Program-made: the position numbers and the translations under genes
The notes under the pieces: generated by a model
What the model saw: only the letters and a program-made list of their open reading frames with translations
Database searches by the model: none
What the model was told of the DNA's origin: nothing
DNA from: Pristiophorus japonicus
Lineage: Eukaryota
DNA length: 64,000 nucleotides
Direction of reading: 5' to 3'
Assembly: GCF_044704955.1 (NCBI RefSeq)
Contig: NC_091989.1
Location: forward strand, 142,538,001 to 142,602,000
Shown: positions 61,433-64,000 of the stretch, piece after piece
Layout: each line of letters opens with the position of its first letter
Position numbering within the stretch: the stretch's first letter is position 1

Positions 61433-62560
61433 GTTCAGTGACCAGTTTAGTTGTCGAAAAGAGGACCGAAATTCTGGTCCTCTACACCTGAACGGCACCA
61501 TTTTTCCCAAAATATTCTTGGTATTTTGGGAACTTTTTCTTTAATTTTACAAACAAGAAAATATATCCTTTAAATGTTTATTTCATGACTAAGAGGGTTC
61601 CAGGTTTGATTCATACCCTTATAGGCTTATCTATGATAGAGTGGTGGTAGTATTAGGGGTACCAAAATCAAGAGTGCTGTGCAGCAAATCTTGCTGAAAG
61701 TGAGCATGTGTGAATGTCAGGTCGGGCAGGATCAGTCACAACTATGATGTTCTTTGCTCACACATGAAGAATGGATCAGGAATCAGAGAACAACAGATGC
61801 CTATAGAACCATACTTGAGCAAAGAGTAAATGCCTTATGAAAGGGAGAGGAGAGCAACTTGGTAGAATAAAAGAGAAAAGTAAAAGCTGCTTACTTCTCA
61901 CTCTAGTAGTTATGGCCCTGAAATTCCATGGGGTTCTCCTGATTTTCCTGCTGTGAAGACCTTTGAGAACTGGCGTAAATGGCTATTTTTAATAATGTAC
62001 ACTTCTTCCAGGGGTTTCACCCACTTCCTCCTGGAGAACCCTGTAGAAACGCCAGGTTTGTGTGTTTAAATCCCCACGGCAGTCGATGTGGGTATGACCC
62101 ACTTTTTGCACGCTCATTACAATACTCAACAGTGGAGGCACCAGAGAACTTCACTCAGAAATGATCAGACATTTCTACCTTGCCCTGTAAAAAATATGGC
62201 TCCTTTAGCTTCGGACAGCAAAGATGACTCCAATGCCCATTTACTACAGTAAAGACAAGCAGAAATGGGAATAATAAACAATAGCTTTCAGTATCACTGT
62301 CTTTATAGGATTATTGGGCAAAAGCTGTACTGATATGTGTATAATTTAACCTACTAAACAGAGAAAACAATTTGTACTTCAAACCATGATATAAAGTCGC
62401 CAGAGAAAAATAATATGGCAAGTCGTAAAATTATACAGCATTTGAAAAATTATAAGCCAGTTATTTTTGCTGCACTAACTAAACCTCACATCTTTTAGGC
62501 GGCTTAATTTGATTATTGATAACGTTAGGTTTTAAATGTTTTCATACCGTTCCTAACAAG

Positions 62561-62998
62561 GTGCTTGTGACAATACTGAATATTTTCCATCAAAAATGAA
62601 ACGGCAAGACTGGGCAATGCATGCTATTGAAGAAGGCCGTCGTACTGTGGTTAATTACATCAGCCCAAACATACTACCACTCTTAAAGCTTTTGATGGAG
62701 AAGAAAATAATCTCTGAAGATGACCACAATGTAGTAAAAGATAAACCAGACGTTGATAAAGGGCGAACCCTTCTCGACATGCTGAGCCACAGAGGTCAGC
62801 AGCCATGTGCTAATTTTTTCAATGTGCTGCAAGGCACTGAAGACCTTTATCCTGGCATAAAGGAGTATATAAAATTACTGCTGGAATCCTACATTGACAA
62901 GGATGACAGGCCAATTATTGATCTTCTCCATGAAGACCTGCCAACTGTCAGATTTGAGGTCAACAACGAAAAAATCAGAATAACCGATTTTCCTGAAG
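62561..62998 (+). CDS. Exon encoding a CARD-like death-fold domain plus linker; probable exon 6 of the IgSF receptor
   Basis: aag|gt gct tgt...cct gaa g|gtaagc, phase 1-1, 438 nt, no stops; IEEGRRTVV...LLKLLMEKKIISEDDH...KGRTLLDMLSHRGQQPCANFFNVL...YP fits the CARD helical pattern. Confidence 0.8.
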
Positions 62999-64000
62999 GT
63001 AAGCATGCTTTGTCAAAGGTGATGTCTTACATGTTAACAATGAATAGGCATCTCCCTGCTTAAGGCTCCAGTATCATTAATAGTTTGGACCTATTTATCT
63101 GAAAGTTCTTTAATACTGATGGATGGAAACACAATTTAAACCTTATTACAGATAAAATATCAAAGTACTCTGTAATAATATAGGTTTATCCTAGTGTTTC
63201 AGTTTCCTTATTTGACTGAGGTGAGTACCTATTGTTGGATTGATCATGCTTCGTTTGAAATCTTCACACATAAAGTGAGCAATTTTAATCCCTGGTTTTG
63301 GTTGGGGCAGCTGCAGCAGGAGACCTCCAGAGTTATTCGCAAGCAACTCAATGAACATCGCTTCTCCTAAACTGCTCCCTTCCCCATACTCCCCTCCATT
63401 TCCCGACCAGAGTAGCATTCCTCGGGGATTTCTGGATTGGTTTAGATGGAAGCCATGACAGTGCATGGTACATTGGAGGGAATGAGCTCATTGGGCATAA
63501 AGCCCTTTCTGATTCCATGGCTTCTTATTCCCACTTTCACTTTCAGTTACAGTATATGTCACAGGGTGTTCAATTCACATGGCATTGCTATCTCATTTTT
63601 ATTGAGTAAAAAGGTACAGGCACTTTAAAGAACAATTTATACACCAGATTTCGCAGAATGTATATTAAAAAAATGAAACCAAAATTATAACCAAGAGATT
63701 AGATTTTTATTTGGGAATCTTGCCTGGACCAGAATTCTCTGAGGAATTTGGAAGAAGTGACATTTTTCCTTTTCTGGAATACAAAGCACTGAGACCCAGC
63801 AGAGAGCAGATTGAGGATGACGAATGATATGTGAACTATGGTACAAGGTGAAACTAATTACATTGTTTAAGGTATAATTTTTTACCCATCCATAACAATT
63901 CACATTTGCTACATTCAGGATGTGTCTAGACTTGTTGTGTCACTGTACAGATGATCACACCAATACAGGTTGTATTTTGAAAATAATGTGACAACCAAGT

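Noticed and set aside
58832-62620. ITIM/ITAM/ITSM motifs in the tail
   Set aside because: GTYSLI is the Ig E strand and lacks the -2 consensus residue; YRRI..YFQS spacing is not an ITAM; TEYFPS lacks the terminal V/I

Overview
Eukaryotic, intron-rich genomic DNA, most likely a shark or other elasmobranch (inferred from the CR1/L2/RTE/Penelope repeat families; species not determinable here). Most of the window is transposable element. Two host genes lie on the + strand. (1) The last three coding exons of POP4 (RNase P/MRP subunit Rpp29), 10713-16953. (2) A six-exon immunoglobulin-superfamily gene, 22315 to at least 62998, with all introns GT-AG and phase 1. The exons join into one open frame of about 571 codons: signal peptide - IgV - IgC1 - transmembrane helix - a second, apparently cytoplasmic C1-like Ig domain (second Cys lost, about 36 aa insert) - CARD-like death-fold domain, then an unmatched donor pointing beyond the window. 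This B7-H6/NCR3LG1-like ectodomain apparently fused to an intracellular Ig plus CARD, with IRF and NF-kB motifs beside its leader exon, is the main candidate for an undescribed immune signalling system. The joining of exons is inferred and needs transcript evidence. Its 20 kb third intron holds a deeply nested TE stack: Harbinger > Gypsy > (RTE; CR1 > 1.55 kb solo LTR; a second Gypsy with an uninterrupted 1357 aa ORF). There is one 135-N assembly gap.
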